Position numbers and translations under genes: made by a program. This document shows positions 50,754 through 64,000 of a stretch of 64,000 nt of DNA, one piece after another (the stretch's first letter is position 1; the number at the start of each line of letters is the position of its first letter). The stretch is from Diadema antillarum (taxonomy: Eukaryota): the NCBI RefSeq assembly GCF_040938485.1, contig NW_027270912.1, positions 682,001 through 746,000 of the forward strand, given 5' to 3'. The notes under the pieces are model-generated. The model was not told the origin of the DNA. It did not search any database and was given only the letters and a program-made list of their open reading frames with translations.

Positions 50754-51724
50754 CCGCATGTCGACAGATGCACGTTGACAAACAATTCATCCAGGTATCA
50801 TTCGCGTGTGACAGGGCGACTTGGGCGAGACTGGGTAAACCTGGATAAGTTTGAAGTACGTGCGTGACAAAGCGGAGCAGCGAAGTCATCGCAAAGCGAA
50901 ATCCATTTACGCACGATGTCCGTCACGTTCGAATTTTGTATCCCGCTCCCCCCCCCCTTTCCCCTGCCCCTCCCATTTAAATCCCATTTTCCATAGGATC
51001 TATTATAATTAGGGATGAAACATAGCACTCTGCATTGTAGCAAGTTATTACGTAGCCATCGCAGCCAGCCTCTAAATGAATTACAAATTTTGGGGTTTTT
51101 TTTTTCACTCAAATTCATGTTTTGTTTGTTCGTTTGTTTGATTGTTTTCGGTCTTAACGCAATGCTAGCGGAAACACCTGGCGTCCAGTCTGCCTTGTTA
51201 GTCGCATAAATTGACAACCTGTCGGATGCGTATTAGGCCTACTCCTATTCCTTCGCCTGTCTTTGAGTTTTAACCGCTGCCTCCTCTCAAACAAACGAAA
51301 CTCCTTCGTTCTCATGCTCAATTATTCTTTGTTATCGAAGGGGAAAGGGTTGATATAATGTGAAGAAAATCTGATCAACCATCCTCGATCGACAAACTGC
51401 ACACACAGAAACAAGCACGCTATATGCAAAAGCAAACAAACAATCAAACAACCCAAACATCGAATGAAAACGCTGAAAACAAATATAATCTATTCCCTTC
51501 CTTCAACTGCATAACTTTCAGACAAACATGACAGAAAAAACCCAAATCAAACACTTATGTTAGAATTCCTTGTACAATGTACTCCTACTATAACATCAGG
51601 CGAGGAGTTGGGGAAGTGGATGAACTGGTCCAATTTCAGCGACCTCCGTAAGACCTGTTATTTCCTGCCAACCCCGTATTGAAACACGTAGGCAAATTAG
51701 GTCGGGTCTCTTTCTTTTAACTAT

Positions 51725-51912
51725 TTCCTTACGATAGGAGGAGGAGGGATCGAGAAAGGGATTAGGGGAGGAGGAGGAAGAAGAGGAGGGGAGGTGGACA
51801 AGCGGTTAGGAAGAGGAGGAGGGGGAGGAGGAGGAGGAGGGGAAGAAGGGAAGGAGGGAGAAGAGGGGATGATGAGAAGAAGAGGAAGCGGAAGAGGAGG
51901 AGGAGGAGGAGT
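51725..51912. repeat. Polypurine (GGA/GAG)n tract
   Basis: Read directly from the sequence. Confidence 0.9.
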
Positions 51913-53218
51913 TTCAATGACTGATGTGATGGATTACAAAGAATAATTCATACCTTGTTTGACGTGGATTGTGTCAAGTCCCTCCATTTCAGATCACGCC
52001 TTTGACGAATATCAAATGACACGTTTTCAATATTTGCAATCCAAGTGCATTTGTGGCTCGTCTGAAATAGGAGTTCAGACCAAAAAGAGTTGATGGAGGG
52101 TTTTTTAACGTAAGCCCTGCCATTTTATACCATTTCTCAAAGAAACCTGACAACACCAAAACTGCATATTCATAAAATTGACACAGGTAAATCTGTAGCA
52201 TTTTAAAACGACATACATATTGGGGAGCTGCTTGTTGATGTATTCAAATTTGTGAAAGATTTTATCATCTTTGAGATGCTGACCGAAGAACGACTTATTC
52301 AGCTCACCTGTTCAGCTGTCAAACATATTATTTCAATGAATGGAATCCACAGTTAATTTTGTGCCTGTGGTCAAAGTCAGGCAGAATACATAATCAAAGA
52401 AGAAACACTTTTTGTCGCAAAGACTAGAAAAACGAACATGGTAGCAATTTGTTCTAATTCTAGAATATAAAAAAAACCCAACAACAACTGCATAAAAATA
52501 TGAAATTCCTTCCCTTCTTCGCGCGTTGGTACGCCTATTATGTCAGTGTATGTGGAAGGAAAAATAATCTTTATTCGTATTTAGAAGCTTCAGCGCGTGG
52601 TGAAAGCCAATTTGTTTCACCTCGGTTGAGTGCCTCATTTAGGACGAGAAGGCACCCAAGCACTTTCGCCGGTTTTTAAATAGTTGTCTTGCCACGTTGT
52701 CCTCATCAGCAGGGCCGCAATGGCGGGGTCTTACATCTTGACTTTTCGCCCTGATATCTGTGCCCCAACAAGTCGCCTTCTCGCCTTCTCGTGCTGTACA
52801 AGTCGCCCTCACGCTGCGTCACGTGCAAACTTCGACAAGTCATCTGTAGGAAAGGAAATGAGCACTCGAGTGCAGAAAACAGCCAATCATGATTCACACG
52901 TTTAGTTCATTGCAATACCCAGTCTAGGTCTCATCGCGTTTTTCATGGAAAACGGATACAAGTGGAGCATTTCCGGGAGTTTTCAGATCAAAAGTACGAA
53001 GAACTTGGCCCTGGTACTGGTCATGAATAACCACGCGCTGCACCTGCTGAAAGTCTGCATAATCCGTGCCCTCCATGTGGTGCCATAAACAATTAAAAGT
53101 GCTATGTATTTTGGCCTTGCTAGACTGTCGGAATTGATCATTTGACTCACTGATCATCATTCCTTCCGCTGTACATTCACAGTAACATACATTAATGAGG
53201 AGTGTGCATAATGATTAA

Positions 53219-53577
53219 AGGCATAATTTACCATTTGCAGATGAAACAAAAACCCAGCATTAGTTCTTTTAAATAGTTCTAAAATTGAGTTAGGGATAGA
53301 AACTACCACTGTAAAAATTTGAATCTGTATTATTGATGTTAAGCATTGTTAAATACACAAAATGTGAACAATAGTTATAATGAAAATGTTTCCAGACTAA
53401 ACCGTCTACAGTTATGGTTTATTAAGAAAAATACTGATATCTCCTTATATTTTAGGCTTTCTTGCGAAGATTTTATATGGTAAGATGTTTTGGGATACAA
53501 AAGACCTACACATATACATCAAATGTGATATCTTGAAAAATTTTTTAAATCACTGCTCCCAAAGGTAAACTGGACCT
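53219..53577 (-). mobile_element. Kolobok-type MITE, copy 2
   Basis: Reverse complement of 40753-41113, with shared blocks TAAACCGTCTACAGTTATGG, GTTAGGGATAGAAAC and AAATCACTGCTCCCAA. Flanks are TTAA and TGAA. Confidence 0.8.
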
Positions 53578-56500
53578 TGAAGGCTTCTCGCTCATGACGT
53601 ATGCCAATAGACCGATTTACCAATGTCGTGAATGTTGTCAAATTTATGAATGTTCCTTTCCTGAGGTCCTACTTAAATAGCTTTTCCATTAACCTGCTCC
53701 TGATGAGTGAACTTCAATACTTGGAATCCAGCCTGCGTACATGAGTTGTTGCTATGTCGGGCAAGCCTTAGGCGAGCTTTCTGGTTATGAGGAACTATTA
53801 CCTTGTGCAAAAAGAAAATGCATGAAATTTTAAGGTGCTATCAAAATGGTCTATTTGAAAACAAAACATCTCCTTTTTATATTTCTGTGCAGCTTTTTTA
53901 AATGTGTTATTTACGTGGAAAAAGCAAACGACGAATATCTCCTCATTTGACTTGATTTTATTTTTTAATTAGATTTGAATTGGTTTCCACTTCGTGTTCA
54001 CAAAAGCAAATAAACAAACATAACATAGTAACATTGATTATTACTATACAATAAGATCTTGTCTTTTTTTGACGTATACAAAGATATTCGAAAAGCATAC
54101 TCTGAAAACGACTATAACTTTTGGAACAATTAATGGTAATACAAAATACGAACCAAAGTGGGGGGGGGGGGGGGAGATGTAAATTCAAAACACATCTTAT
54201 ATTACTTAGGCCGCCGAAAATTAAACACATAACAAAGTGTATACCCAAATGGCTTAAATAAAAAAGCAACTAAAGAGGAAGTTCCGCTTTCTAAGAAGAG
54301 ATAGGAAAAGAGGATAAGAAATAGAGACATTCAGAAGAAATCAAATTTCGTCGATTTCGATTTTGCTTTCTGTCCGTTTACAGAACAAATTACAGTGTCT
54401 CGGATCGACATGACCACGACACGGAATCTCTCTCTCTCTCAACATTCAACAATCAACACGGTTATGTGGAGATCTGTTCAGTTCATGACTCTCGGCATCC
54501 TCCTGTAATAAAAATTTGTGATCGATATCATATCCCTCGTAGAGTCCCTGAAAGTATTCATAAAAAGTGTGTGACGTCATATTTTCCTTAAAGTGCATAA
54601 TACTTCTCTTTTACATCGCGTTACAATGTCATGAGATTCTATGTCGATAGATGATAGCTGACACGTGCGGGTCTTTTCACACCGGGTATATCCGAATTCA
54701 ACATACACATCCATGCATGTTAAGCATGTTTGAGTGTGTCTCCCTTGTTGACAATAATATGCATGTAAAGCAGGCAAGCTGTGCAAATACAATACTCTGG
54801 CCATAACTATTCAGCAAAGCAGAAAATCAACACATCCCAGACTTGATTATTCATTCAAGTGCTTTTCATATATACGGGCTCTCGTGTTCGACGTGCGCTA
54901 GCGTTCGTACTTGGGCACAATTTTTGACCTCATGTCTGTGATTATTTAAGGCCTAACTGTACGTCAAGATGTTTCTCAATGTTTTGCGGAACGCCATCAC
55001 GAACAAAATGCTTATCAAGACTTGTAACTCACTGACTAGTGAACACAGCTGCTTTGTAGAACTTTGTTGAACATTTTCCATCGTGTAATCACAAGCGCAG
55101 TGAGAAAATTCAACGACAATGTATAGAAAACAAAATAATTCACGTGTCACCCGCAATATTGGAGCCTTGGGTATTGGAGAGGGGTGGGAGGTGGGTGGGT
55201 GACAGAACATTTCTTTTCTTGGTCTGGCCAAGGGGGTTCAAGAGAATGGAGTCACAACCGTCTTATTTCCTTTGCTAGATGTTTGATGCCGCCGCTCCAA
55301 AATATTTGAAGCATGTGCCAAACAGGATCTGCCACGCAAATAGGAAGACAATTGACTCGTGTCTCATTGCATAATCGCCAGCCACTTTCTATGGAAGATA
55401 TGTCTTTGTGATAGTAATTACTTTTCGCTATCCCTTCTTATAAAAGGTGGGTGGTACAGACACTAGGATGTGCGAATAGAAATTGCGCAAAAAAAAAATG
55501 CTGAAATAAAGATGTAAATTACTCAACTTGGCATACCCGGGCACTTATCTGATATATCTATCAATAAAGAATTATACTTGAAGATTATTCCATGTTAGTT
55601 TTATTTGTGGAAATTAAGTGGAAAAGTGATAAAACCGGCTTTCCAGGATGGTACAGTTTTAAACATTTTCACATGATACAGCTCTGATTTACACTTTTGC
55701 ACAAATTTCTGCACGGGATTGACTTTGGTTTTACATGCTTCATCATTAAGTGAAATTTCATTTCATTTAATAAATAAGTAAGCAAAATAAATAAGTAAGC
55801 AAATATGGCCAATATTATGTTAACGTTCAAAATGAATCTTCAGATTGCTCAGCAAAACGGCGGCGTCGAACATCGATCATCAAAGGCACAAATGCACCTG
55901 TGAAATTCTTTTGTACATCAATAGAAATGTGACAACTGTTTGAATAATTACAGCCAGTTGGAACTCCAACTCTTAAACCACCTTGGTCTGGCAAAGAACA
56001 GAAATGTAGGGGATGTATTAGAAGGGGAAAGCAGTTGTCAAATCGTCTTTGGTTACGAAAGGTTGACCTGCAATCTTATCTTTATCCATCAAGCCTACCC
56101 TCATCATTTCACATGCAGTCCCACTGCACAATCCTAATTACGTGCCTCTATAATTATAGGTAACACGTGCTTGGGTGAGGTCATTGCAGTCAATGCTTTC
56201 TTTTTCTTCTTGTTTTTTTTTCTTCTCGAGGTTGTATCCACGTGACAGGTCAAGGAGGCTGACAACATCCTCCGGATCCTGTCATTACGATGACGTCATG
56301 GAGACCGCCCGACTTCTCCGCACCCACTCTCCGAGTCATCCTCCATCACCCCGTATTCATTCAGTTCAGGACTAGTTAAAAAGGAGACCTCCGGATGATT
56401 TTCAGGCCTTTGATTTTGAACAACTATAAATTAGTTATACTGAGTGCAGAGTTTCAGAATTTATAGTGATTGGGATGAGGAATTAGAGTGTTTTCAAAAT

Positions 56501-57724
56501 TCATAACAAATGAAATGCAATGAACAGGGATGATGACATGGCAGCCTCACTACAAGAATGAATGAGTTGGGGCTCAAGGAAGCAGAATAAAAGAAGACAG
56601 CATGCACAGATTCTACATCACAGGTGGATTTGTTAAGCAAGCGGTATTGTAATGGAATTACACTGCTACATTTCTGAAATATGTGAGGGTCTATGTCATC
56701 AAAACTGTTCAGTGTAATTTGTATAAGATTATTGGTTTCTCTGCTCAAGGACCACAATAAATTCCACAAATCTATACATGGAGCTGTCGATTTATGTGCT
56801 ACATGATGTGATATTACGGAAATCGTCTGGAATGCCCCTTTAAGTTGTCTGACAGCGAACAGCAGCAGGAACACGAAGACCGTCCCTCATTCGTAGTACA
56901 CCTGTATAGCACCTGCGCGAGGGGAAGGGAGTGGCCCCAATAAGTTGGAGGATGCTTGGTAGACGCTGGGCCCAAATTGCGGCGATTTGCATCTTATTCT
57001 AACAATCAAATTTAGCTATGTAAGAAAAGCGCAAACACGAAGTTACGAGCGACAATCTATTATCTTGTCTTTCTCTTTTTTTTTTTTGCTCTTCTTTCAG
57101 GTTTTTTTTTTCTAAAATAATGTTGCCGTTTTTATTTCCCCTCCATGTTTTCGTTACCATCTCTTTCTCTTTCTTTCTCTCTCTCTCTCTCTTCTCGATA
57201 TGACTTTTCTCTTCCGGCAAATATTGATGGTAATCAAGTCTATTCTTTCATAGGATATAGCAACTTCAACCTCTACCACATTAACGTCATCCTGACTAAG
57301 TTATATTATCTATTTGGATTTCAGGTCAAATAAGGACATTTCGTCAAGATAATTGTGTTGATAGATTGGAGCGTTGTGTAACGATGAGACAATGATTGCC
57401 ATCCAAACTCACTGTTCGATATCAACACTTGAAACATTCAAATTTCCATAACTTTGCAACTCTATATGCGACATCAATAAAAAAACAACCAACCAACCAA
57501 ACAAAAAAAAAACAAAACACAAAAAACCCCCTCTCTATTACCGAAGGCAACCAGAACTTGAAGGTTTTAACAAAAATACCCTCATTAAAAACTAAGTAGG
57601 TCAATTACGTGTCTTGGTTGAAATTCATTTCGTGAACAGCACGACATGCCAGCAAAATTTAGCATATGCGCGCATCTATATCTATAAAATATGCGTATAT
57701 CTATCTATATCAATTTTCTATCCA

Positions 57725-58004
57725 NNNNNNNNNNNNNNNNNNNNNNNNNNNNNNNNNNNNNNNNNNNNNNNNNNNNNNNNNNNNNNNNNNNNNNNNNNNN
57801 NNNNNNNNNNNNNNNNNNNNNNNNNNNNNNNNNNNNNNNNNNNNNNNNNNNNNNNNNNNNNNNNNNNNNNNNNNNNNNNNNNNNNNNNNNNNNNNNNNNN
57901 NNNNNNNNNNNNNNNNNNNNNNNNNNNNNNNNNNNNNNNNNNNNNNNNNNNNNNNNNNNNNNNNNNNNNNNNNNNNNNNNNNNNNNNNNNNNNNNNNNNN
58001 NNNN
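57725..58004. other. Assembly gap (280 N) within TATC-like repeats
   Basis: Run of N. Confidence 1.
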
Positions 58005-58434
58005 AACTCTCCGTCTATCGACCGATCTACATCTATTCATCTCGCCACCTTTCTTTTCCTTGCATATCTATCTATTTATCGTTATTCCTGTGTACGTATA
58101 GATTTTAAAAAAACCCACGTACAACAATGTGTTCATGCATACATTATGAAGATGATCAGTGGCATAGGAAGAAACGTCCCTAATGTTTCACTGCAAAGGG
58201 TTTACAATGCTGTCTTGTGGAAGATTATATCTCTAGACTAAGTTTACGAACTTATAACTTCCCCAAAGAGGCATTACAATAAACTCTGAGGTTAGAACAT
58301 TCTGTTATTTCTGCACAAAGAAAAAAAAAATACCCATCTTTGTATATCATTGTAACACAGAATTCAAACATTTATTTTATCGGTTCCACTAAAACTCAGC
58401 AGTCTTGTTATTTTCTTTGACCATAGTTTTGTTA

Positions 58435-58745
58435 ACCCCAACATATTTCTCTTGGGATAACATTCGAAATCGTTCTGTCCTTAGGGGGAGAATCTTCCAG
58501 AACGTTCCGCCCATGTGAGAACATCCCAGAATCTTCTGGTAATTGGAGAACATTCCCGAATTTCATGCCAGCGGGAAAATATCCTAGAACATTCTTGCCA
58601 TAGAACAACATCACAGATTAAGCCCATGGGAGACATCTCAAATGTTCTGCACACGGGAGAACACCCTTGAATGTTCTGTCCATGTGAGAACATCCCAGCA
58701 TAATCTGACCACGGAGGAACAACTCAAACTGTTCTGCCCATAGTT
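58435..58745. repeat. Degenerate minisatellite with a unit of about 29-30 bp
   Basis: Recurring GTTCTGCCCATGTGAGAACATCCC-like units. Confidence 0.65.
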
Positions 58746-61165
58746 TTCTGAGAAAACAGAATGAATGTCAATTATTAGAAAAGACGGGAGGCACAATTTG
58801 ACAACTGAATTTGAGAGACAATTCAGCCAATTTATTATAAGTCGTATAAAGTATAGCATTTATCTCGTCGAAGTACAACGCTTCAAGTGTGTGTGCGCTT
58901 GTTCCTACAAACTAAGAAACTGAAAGAATCAAAATTGATGGGTAACCTATTATGTCAATCGTTTTTCTCATTGATATGAATCGATTGCTAATGGTTGAAA
59001 ATGCGTACTCATGATCCTGCAGGCACATCAAGACTGCCCGCTCACTGCATGCCGTTCATATTCATGAGGCAAAGAATAACTTAATTTTTTTACTTTATCA
59101 TGAGACGATTGACGACAATCCACAGACATTAATAAACCAGTTCCTACTTACCTCATGAGCACATTGGTACAAAGATTAATGACATTTCTATTTTTGTCAC
59201 TTGGGCAATTCACTCACTTTCAAAGTGACGTAATGCATCAGCTTGCCTGACGTGACAATTTATGGAATTCATGTTCAAATAAAGAATAAACTTGCGTAGA
59301 CCAGGTGACCAGGTCAATTTCATTGGTTTGAATTGAATATTTTTTTTCCTATTGATATTACCAAATACAAGGCTTTCTGTTGGGTGGATGTGATGGCACG
59401 CACCATAGATAAGGATTAGGACCAACATGAATGAATATTACATCACAGATGCTTATCTCAGTGAATTTAAGAACCAACATGCCTGTCGGTACAAATCACA
59501 TTTTTCCGCTCAAGCGCAAAATGGAACTACGAACTGACTTATCATGTTTGAATGTTTGAAGAAGCAATTATGAGACCTATAACTTTAGAACTTTTCACGT
59601 GTACATTATGTCGATTAGAATGAAAATACAAAGACGAAATATCATGGTGGTATTTTTTTTTTTCATTTCAACTATTACGCCTGCTCTCAATGAAAAAAAA
59701 AAAGAAGAAAAGAAATTCAGGACGTTTGACACAAGGTTTATTATATATTATGATTCCTGACAATCACGGTCTAAGGTTTTGTGTTCCACTCTCAAATAAT
59801 TCATATTCAACATGTAGATATTCCTATATAGACCTCGTTCAAGCAAATTTCTTTTTGCAAAGTACTTGCACTTTAGGGAGTTATAATTATGTTTCCCGAT
59901 CTGTTGGCTGGTCATGTCCGAAATTGGGCGGTCTGTTTCTGTAGGCCATCAGGGGCTCTCGAAGTGCACTTACCCGTTGGGCAAAGCTTCGCACGTCCGG
60001 GAGAGATCGGGGGGCTCTGTCTAGTTCGTGGCTGGGAAACTCAGGCCAAGATGGAACGAGTAGACGGCTATAATACACGAAGCCAACCGAGCTCTCGCAT
60101 CGCATCAGGAAGAGTGGAAGAATAGGGGATGGGGGTGGGGGGGGGGGGGGGATGTGAGAAAATTCCAATTTGAGTCGATGATGATGAAGGGATTTCTTTC
60201 TCATTCCGCCAACGCGTAATGCATGACTCAAGCTCGACGAGATTTGCATTCAAGCTCAGCTCAGCATGCCCATCTTTCATTTGAAATGACAATTTATGAA
60301 CCCGATGTTTGTTAATTTGCTTTCTTAGTAGTTAGGTCCCTACTGCGTCCTATTTTCATGCTGTTACTTATGCTTCCTTTTCTTTCAAGTTGGCCGCAAC
60401 ACATATAATAGTAATCTATCATGGATAAGCTTCATAACGTATATTATGAAATTCTGAAGTTTCTCATGATCAGAGATACAATGCACATACCGGTATGCAA
60501 ATAAGATTGGGACTGGGCAAAATTTCCTCAATTCTCTCCAACTTGTTTGTACTGAAAAAAAGAAGAACATCATAAAGATCAGGAAATTTGTTAAATTTGA
60601 AAACTAGAGTGTGAATTGATTTTTAGGAGACTAATGGTTTATAAAGTCACCAACTCATGCAATATACAATGCAATGCTGTTGTGAACATATGACAGTTTC
60701 GTATAGGGATCTGAAGAATTCCAGAACAATTTGTCCTATTCGTTATCCTATCCAATTTTTGTGAAATTTCCATCATTTTGTTTGTTTGATATTTCCCTTT
60801 TTGTAAAACGTTTTTGGCTTTTGTTCTTTCTTTCTTAAGGAAGAAGCATGACTCTTCCGTTGTAATGTTCAATTTTTTTCACAAATTGAGAATTTGGGAA
60901 TTATGGGAGCACCTCTCAATTTTCGTGACGGACTTTGTTACATTTTCAGACCCTTCCAATTCTTGCGGTCGGCTACACGTCACTTCCGGTCGACTGGAGT
61001 GAAAACAAACAGCTTGCAAGCGCTAAGCCTGCATAATGCGCGTACTGCATGCTGTGCATGTGCGACGCGTATAATTTATGTGCAACTCTAAGCAGCTCAG
61101 ACATGGGGACTGTTTTTCATTATTCATTTTGTCATTTGTGCCATCATTCATGAGATACATGCATC

Positions 61166-61322
61166 ATGTCTTGCCAGCAATATTCTAAAAATCTGGATCC
61201 TGTCGATCGATCGGTCCCGGTATTTTGCCAAGTTTAAGGCGGCCGGACTGGACCTGTGCCCGTATGAAATCGCGGCAGGACTCTGGATCAACGACCCGAC
61301 AAAATGGCCAGATGTGCAGTAG
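61166..61322 (+). pseudogene. 5' fragment of a Kolobok-type accessory gene
   Basis: MSCQQYSKNLDPVDR / RYFAKFKAAGLDLCPYEIAAGLWINDPTKWPDVQ* has a frameshift and a stop. The pattern RYxxK...CPY......WxxDPxxWPxV is recognised from memory in Kolobok accessory proteins. Confidence 0.5.
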
Positions 61323-61715
61323 AACCTCTTTGAGTAGGCCCTACCCCGATACCTACGCTTACTTAGTACCTCATAGAAACTTCAGGTAGGTCTAACGTTA
61401 GTACTGTAGTACTTAGGGTAGGGCCTAATTTAGAGTAGGCCTAGGGCCTAATCCTGCCGCCCGCACAGCTACAGTACCAGCTTGCGCTAGCGCTATGCTC
61501 GCGGGGCGCCCCGGCAGAAAACACGTACAGCGTTCACTCCAGGCTCACGCGAGTGGTTTGTTTTCATTCCAACGCTATCCATGACCCCGTGACACGCAAA
61601 ATACCCGGATGTCCGACCATGAGAATACGGCAAAGTTATAGGAATGATACACCATCTAATTAATTACTTTAATTTGAAAACATATGAAACAATCTCTCAT
61701 ACCATCTGAAAATCT

Positions 61716-61855
61716 GGGGGGCATTTCATGAAGCTTTTTGTCAGACATTTCGTCCGACAAACTGTTAAAAACTACTGAAATCCTTGCATCTGATTGGCTG
61801 AGAGCAAACTTGTCCGACAAGTTGTCGGACAAAAATGCTTCATGAAATGCCCCCC
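61716..61855. mobile_element. PIF/Harbinger-like MITE
   Basis: TIR GGGGGGCATTTCATGAAGC/GCTTCATGAAATGCCCCCC, internal TGTCCGACAA repeats and ATTGG. Confidence 0.8.
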
Positions 61856-62344
61856 AAGAAAGAGCATGAAAATATACCAAAGTTGGTTTCAAAATGCATA
61901 ATTTCGTTGTCCTTGTAAAGGTCTTAAACCTCACACTTTCTCCATCCGTTTCTTGAAGGTCGCTAGTCTTACAACATGATTGCACACCACTGTAATATAT
62001 TCAATCATTCGATCAAAATCTGTGACATTTAATCGGGAACATAATAATTTCAATATCTGTTCCCTTCTGAGATTCAACTAGGAGGGTGCCTAGAAGAGAT
62101 CGCGCCTATTCCTTCAGTGACGTCAGCAAAATGAAAACAAGAACAAGAGCACACACAAGGTTTTAGACACCCTCATTGAATCGTAGACTTATTCCAAATA
62201 GATATGGCTGTAGTGTTGACACGGTATCATCTCATAATATTTTGCTTGCCATCATCATTGAAATGTCAGAGGTTTCTCATGGCCCCGGAGAGGGAGAGCA
62301 GGCAGGGAGAATGAGATGAATAGACATAAAGGTATGGAAAGGAA

Positions 62345-63444
62345 AAGGGGTAGGCAGAAGAAGAGAGGGAAGAGGAGCTGAAAGAGGAGGAGGAGGAGCA
62401 GGAGGAGGAGAAGGATGAGGGGGAGGAGAAGGAGAACGATACTGATGAAAGGAAGAAAGCGGTGGAAGAGGACGAACAAGAGGAAGAAGAAGAAAGAGAG
62501 GAGGTCGAAACAGTCATGTTCATAACTATCCTATCGAAACAGTCATGTTCATAACTATCCTACGCGACGATCCGACGAATTTCATCTTCCATTAATGAGA
62601 ACCGCACATGCCCAAAATACATTTCTTTATACCGGACCCAGACTTTGGAATAATTTAGATAATAGTTTAAAAGATTCCCCCAAATTTGTTACATTTAAAT
62701 ACAAACTCAGAAAATATTTACTTTCTACTTATAATCTTAGATAATTTAAATTGTTTTGATTCATGCTTGAGCCTTCACCTGTCCTGATGTCGCAGCACTT
62801 GGCGTGTTCTGTGTGCAGACTTCTCTTCTTTCTTCTCTCCTCTTCCTTTCCTGTCTTTTGTTCTTCGTAGACTTGTATTGTTACCGTCTTCTCTCCTCTC
62901 GGTACTGTCTCGCGTCTTACAGTGTATATACGTGTGGGTAATCGAATGTGTGTACGAACGTGTTGTCCTTGTCATATTTTCCCGGTACACGTGGTTCAGT
63001 GAGCAGTGTCCGGGCACTAGCATTGGTATTCTATATATTTTTTTCCAACCGGTGTATCTCAAAATAATTACATGTATATTATTATAGAATAGTATATAAT
63101 TAACTCATTATTTATCTAGCGATCCACGTCCGACAAGCTTTGCTTTTTAGTGGATCACTATTTTCCATAATCGAATTTATTTTCCGCTCGCCCACGAAGA
63201 ATTTATACAGTGTTTTTCCTAAATATTGTACATGTTATATGTTGTTCTATAATTTGTCTCGTATATATATTACATGAATCTTTTGCAAACGTTTGAACCT
63301 TATTTCATCACATGTATACTTTGTACTATTTTTTTTGATTTTCGATGATTGGAAATAAACTATGATTGAATTGAATTGATTGATTGGATAAGAGAAGGAG
63401 CAGGATGAAGAAGAATAACGACGAGGAGGATGAGGAAGGAGATG

Positions 63445-63479
<35 letters not shown>

Positions 63480-63625
63480 GAAGAAGGAGAACGATACTGT
63501 TGACAGGAAGGAGGTGATGGAAGAGGAAGAACAAAAGGAAGAAGAAAAAGAGGAGGACGAAGAGGAGGAGGAGGAGGAGGAGGATGAAGCGAGGGAAGAG
63601 AAGACGAAGGAGGTGATGGAGGAGA
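62345..63625 (+). repeat. Two related GA-rich tracts (about 62345-62505 and 63385-63625) and a 29-bp tandem duplication (62505-62562)
   Basis: Both tracts contain GAAGGAGAACGATACTG(A/T)TGA(A/C)AGGAAG. TCGAAACAGTCATGTTCATAACTATCCTA occurs twice in tandem. Confidence 0.8.
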
Positions 63626-64000
63626 GACACGTTAGGCCAACTACGGCGAGCGAGCCAACCAGCGTGAATAATGTTGATACATGTACGTCACCATTAATTT
63701 TTCAGCCGGTAGATTATCGTAAGTCAATGCCACAGACACTTCCAGTTTACCCACTGGCTGCTTTCCCTGTCGCCTCTACGACCAATCTCTCTCCCCCACG
63801 ATTAATTTGATTTATCTTATTGATTAATCTAAAGTGAAAAGCCATTCTATGCTCATAATCATTCGAATGCGCGAAATATACCTATTTTAGTCTATGAATT
63901 ATTCTGTAATGAAATAAGACAGTGAAGGCTTATGAATAGATCTCTACATTCCTACGGGAGACGTTTGAGTCGGCGAAACACACTAATTTCTCTGATATGC

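Noticed and set aside
57614-58241. ORFs spanning N runs (also 41218-41475)
   Set aside because: They are open only because of assembly gaps.
63430-63810. 126-aa Glu-rich ORF, and the Leu/Ser-rich antisense ORFs at 62.2-63.6 kb
   Set aside because: These are translation artefacts of GAG/GAA polypurine repeats.

Overview
This is eukaryotic, intron-containing, AT-rich DNA, most likely from a sea urchin (inferred from the ARS-type sulfatase and the repeat landscape). The left half holds four host genes. (1) A 7-coding-exon arylsulfatase on the minus strand (13561->549, 523 aa, intact CSPSR motif). Its last intron holds a disabled tyrosine-recombinase retrotransposon with split direct repeats (A1-gag/RT/RH/MT-YR-B1-A2-B2, 1499-7248), and its A2 repeat is itself hit by a TTAA MITE. 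(2) An intronless TBCC gene head-to-head with it (15894-16874). (3, 4) Two tandem 3-exon peripherin-2/ROM1-like tetraspanin genes. Copy A (about 320 aa) has a short tail. Copy B (623 aa) has a roughly 350-aa cytoplasmic tail with four tandem EP(I/V)YANI motifs, then Pro-rich, SPxK-like basic and Ser/acidic blocks. An orphan 198-aa ORF lies at 21013-21609 (-). From about 36 to 64 kb I found no host exons. That stretch holds MITEs, a LINE nested in another LINE, a Kolobok-like fragment, microsatellites, two assembly gaps and CpG-rich islands, one with a perfect RFX X-box. The most notable signals are the EPIYA-array peripherin and the TBCC-PRPH2 gene order, which from memory matches human 6p21.1.
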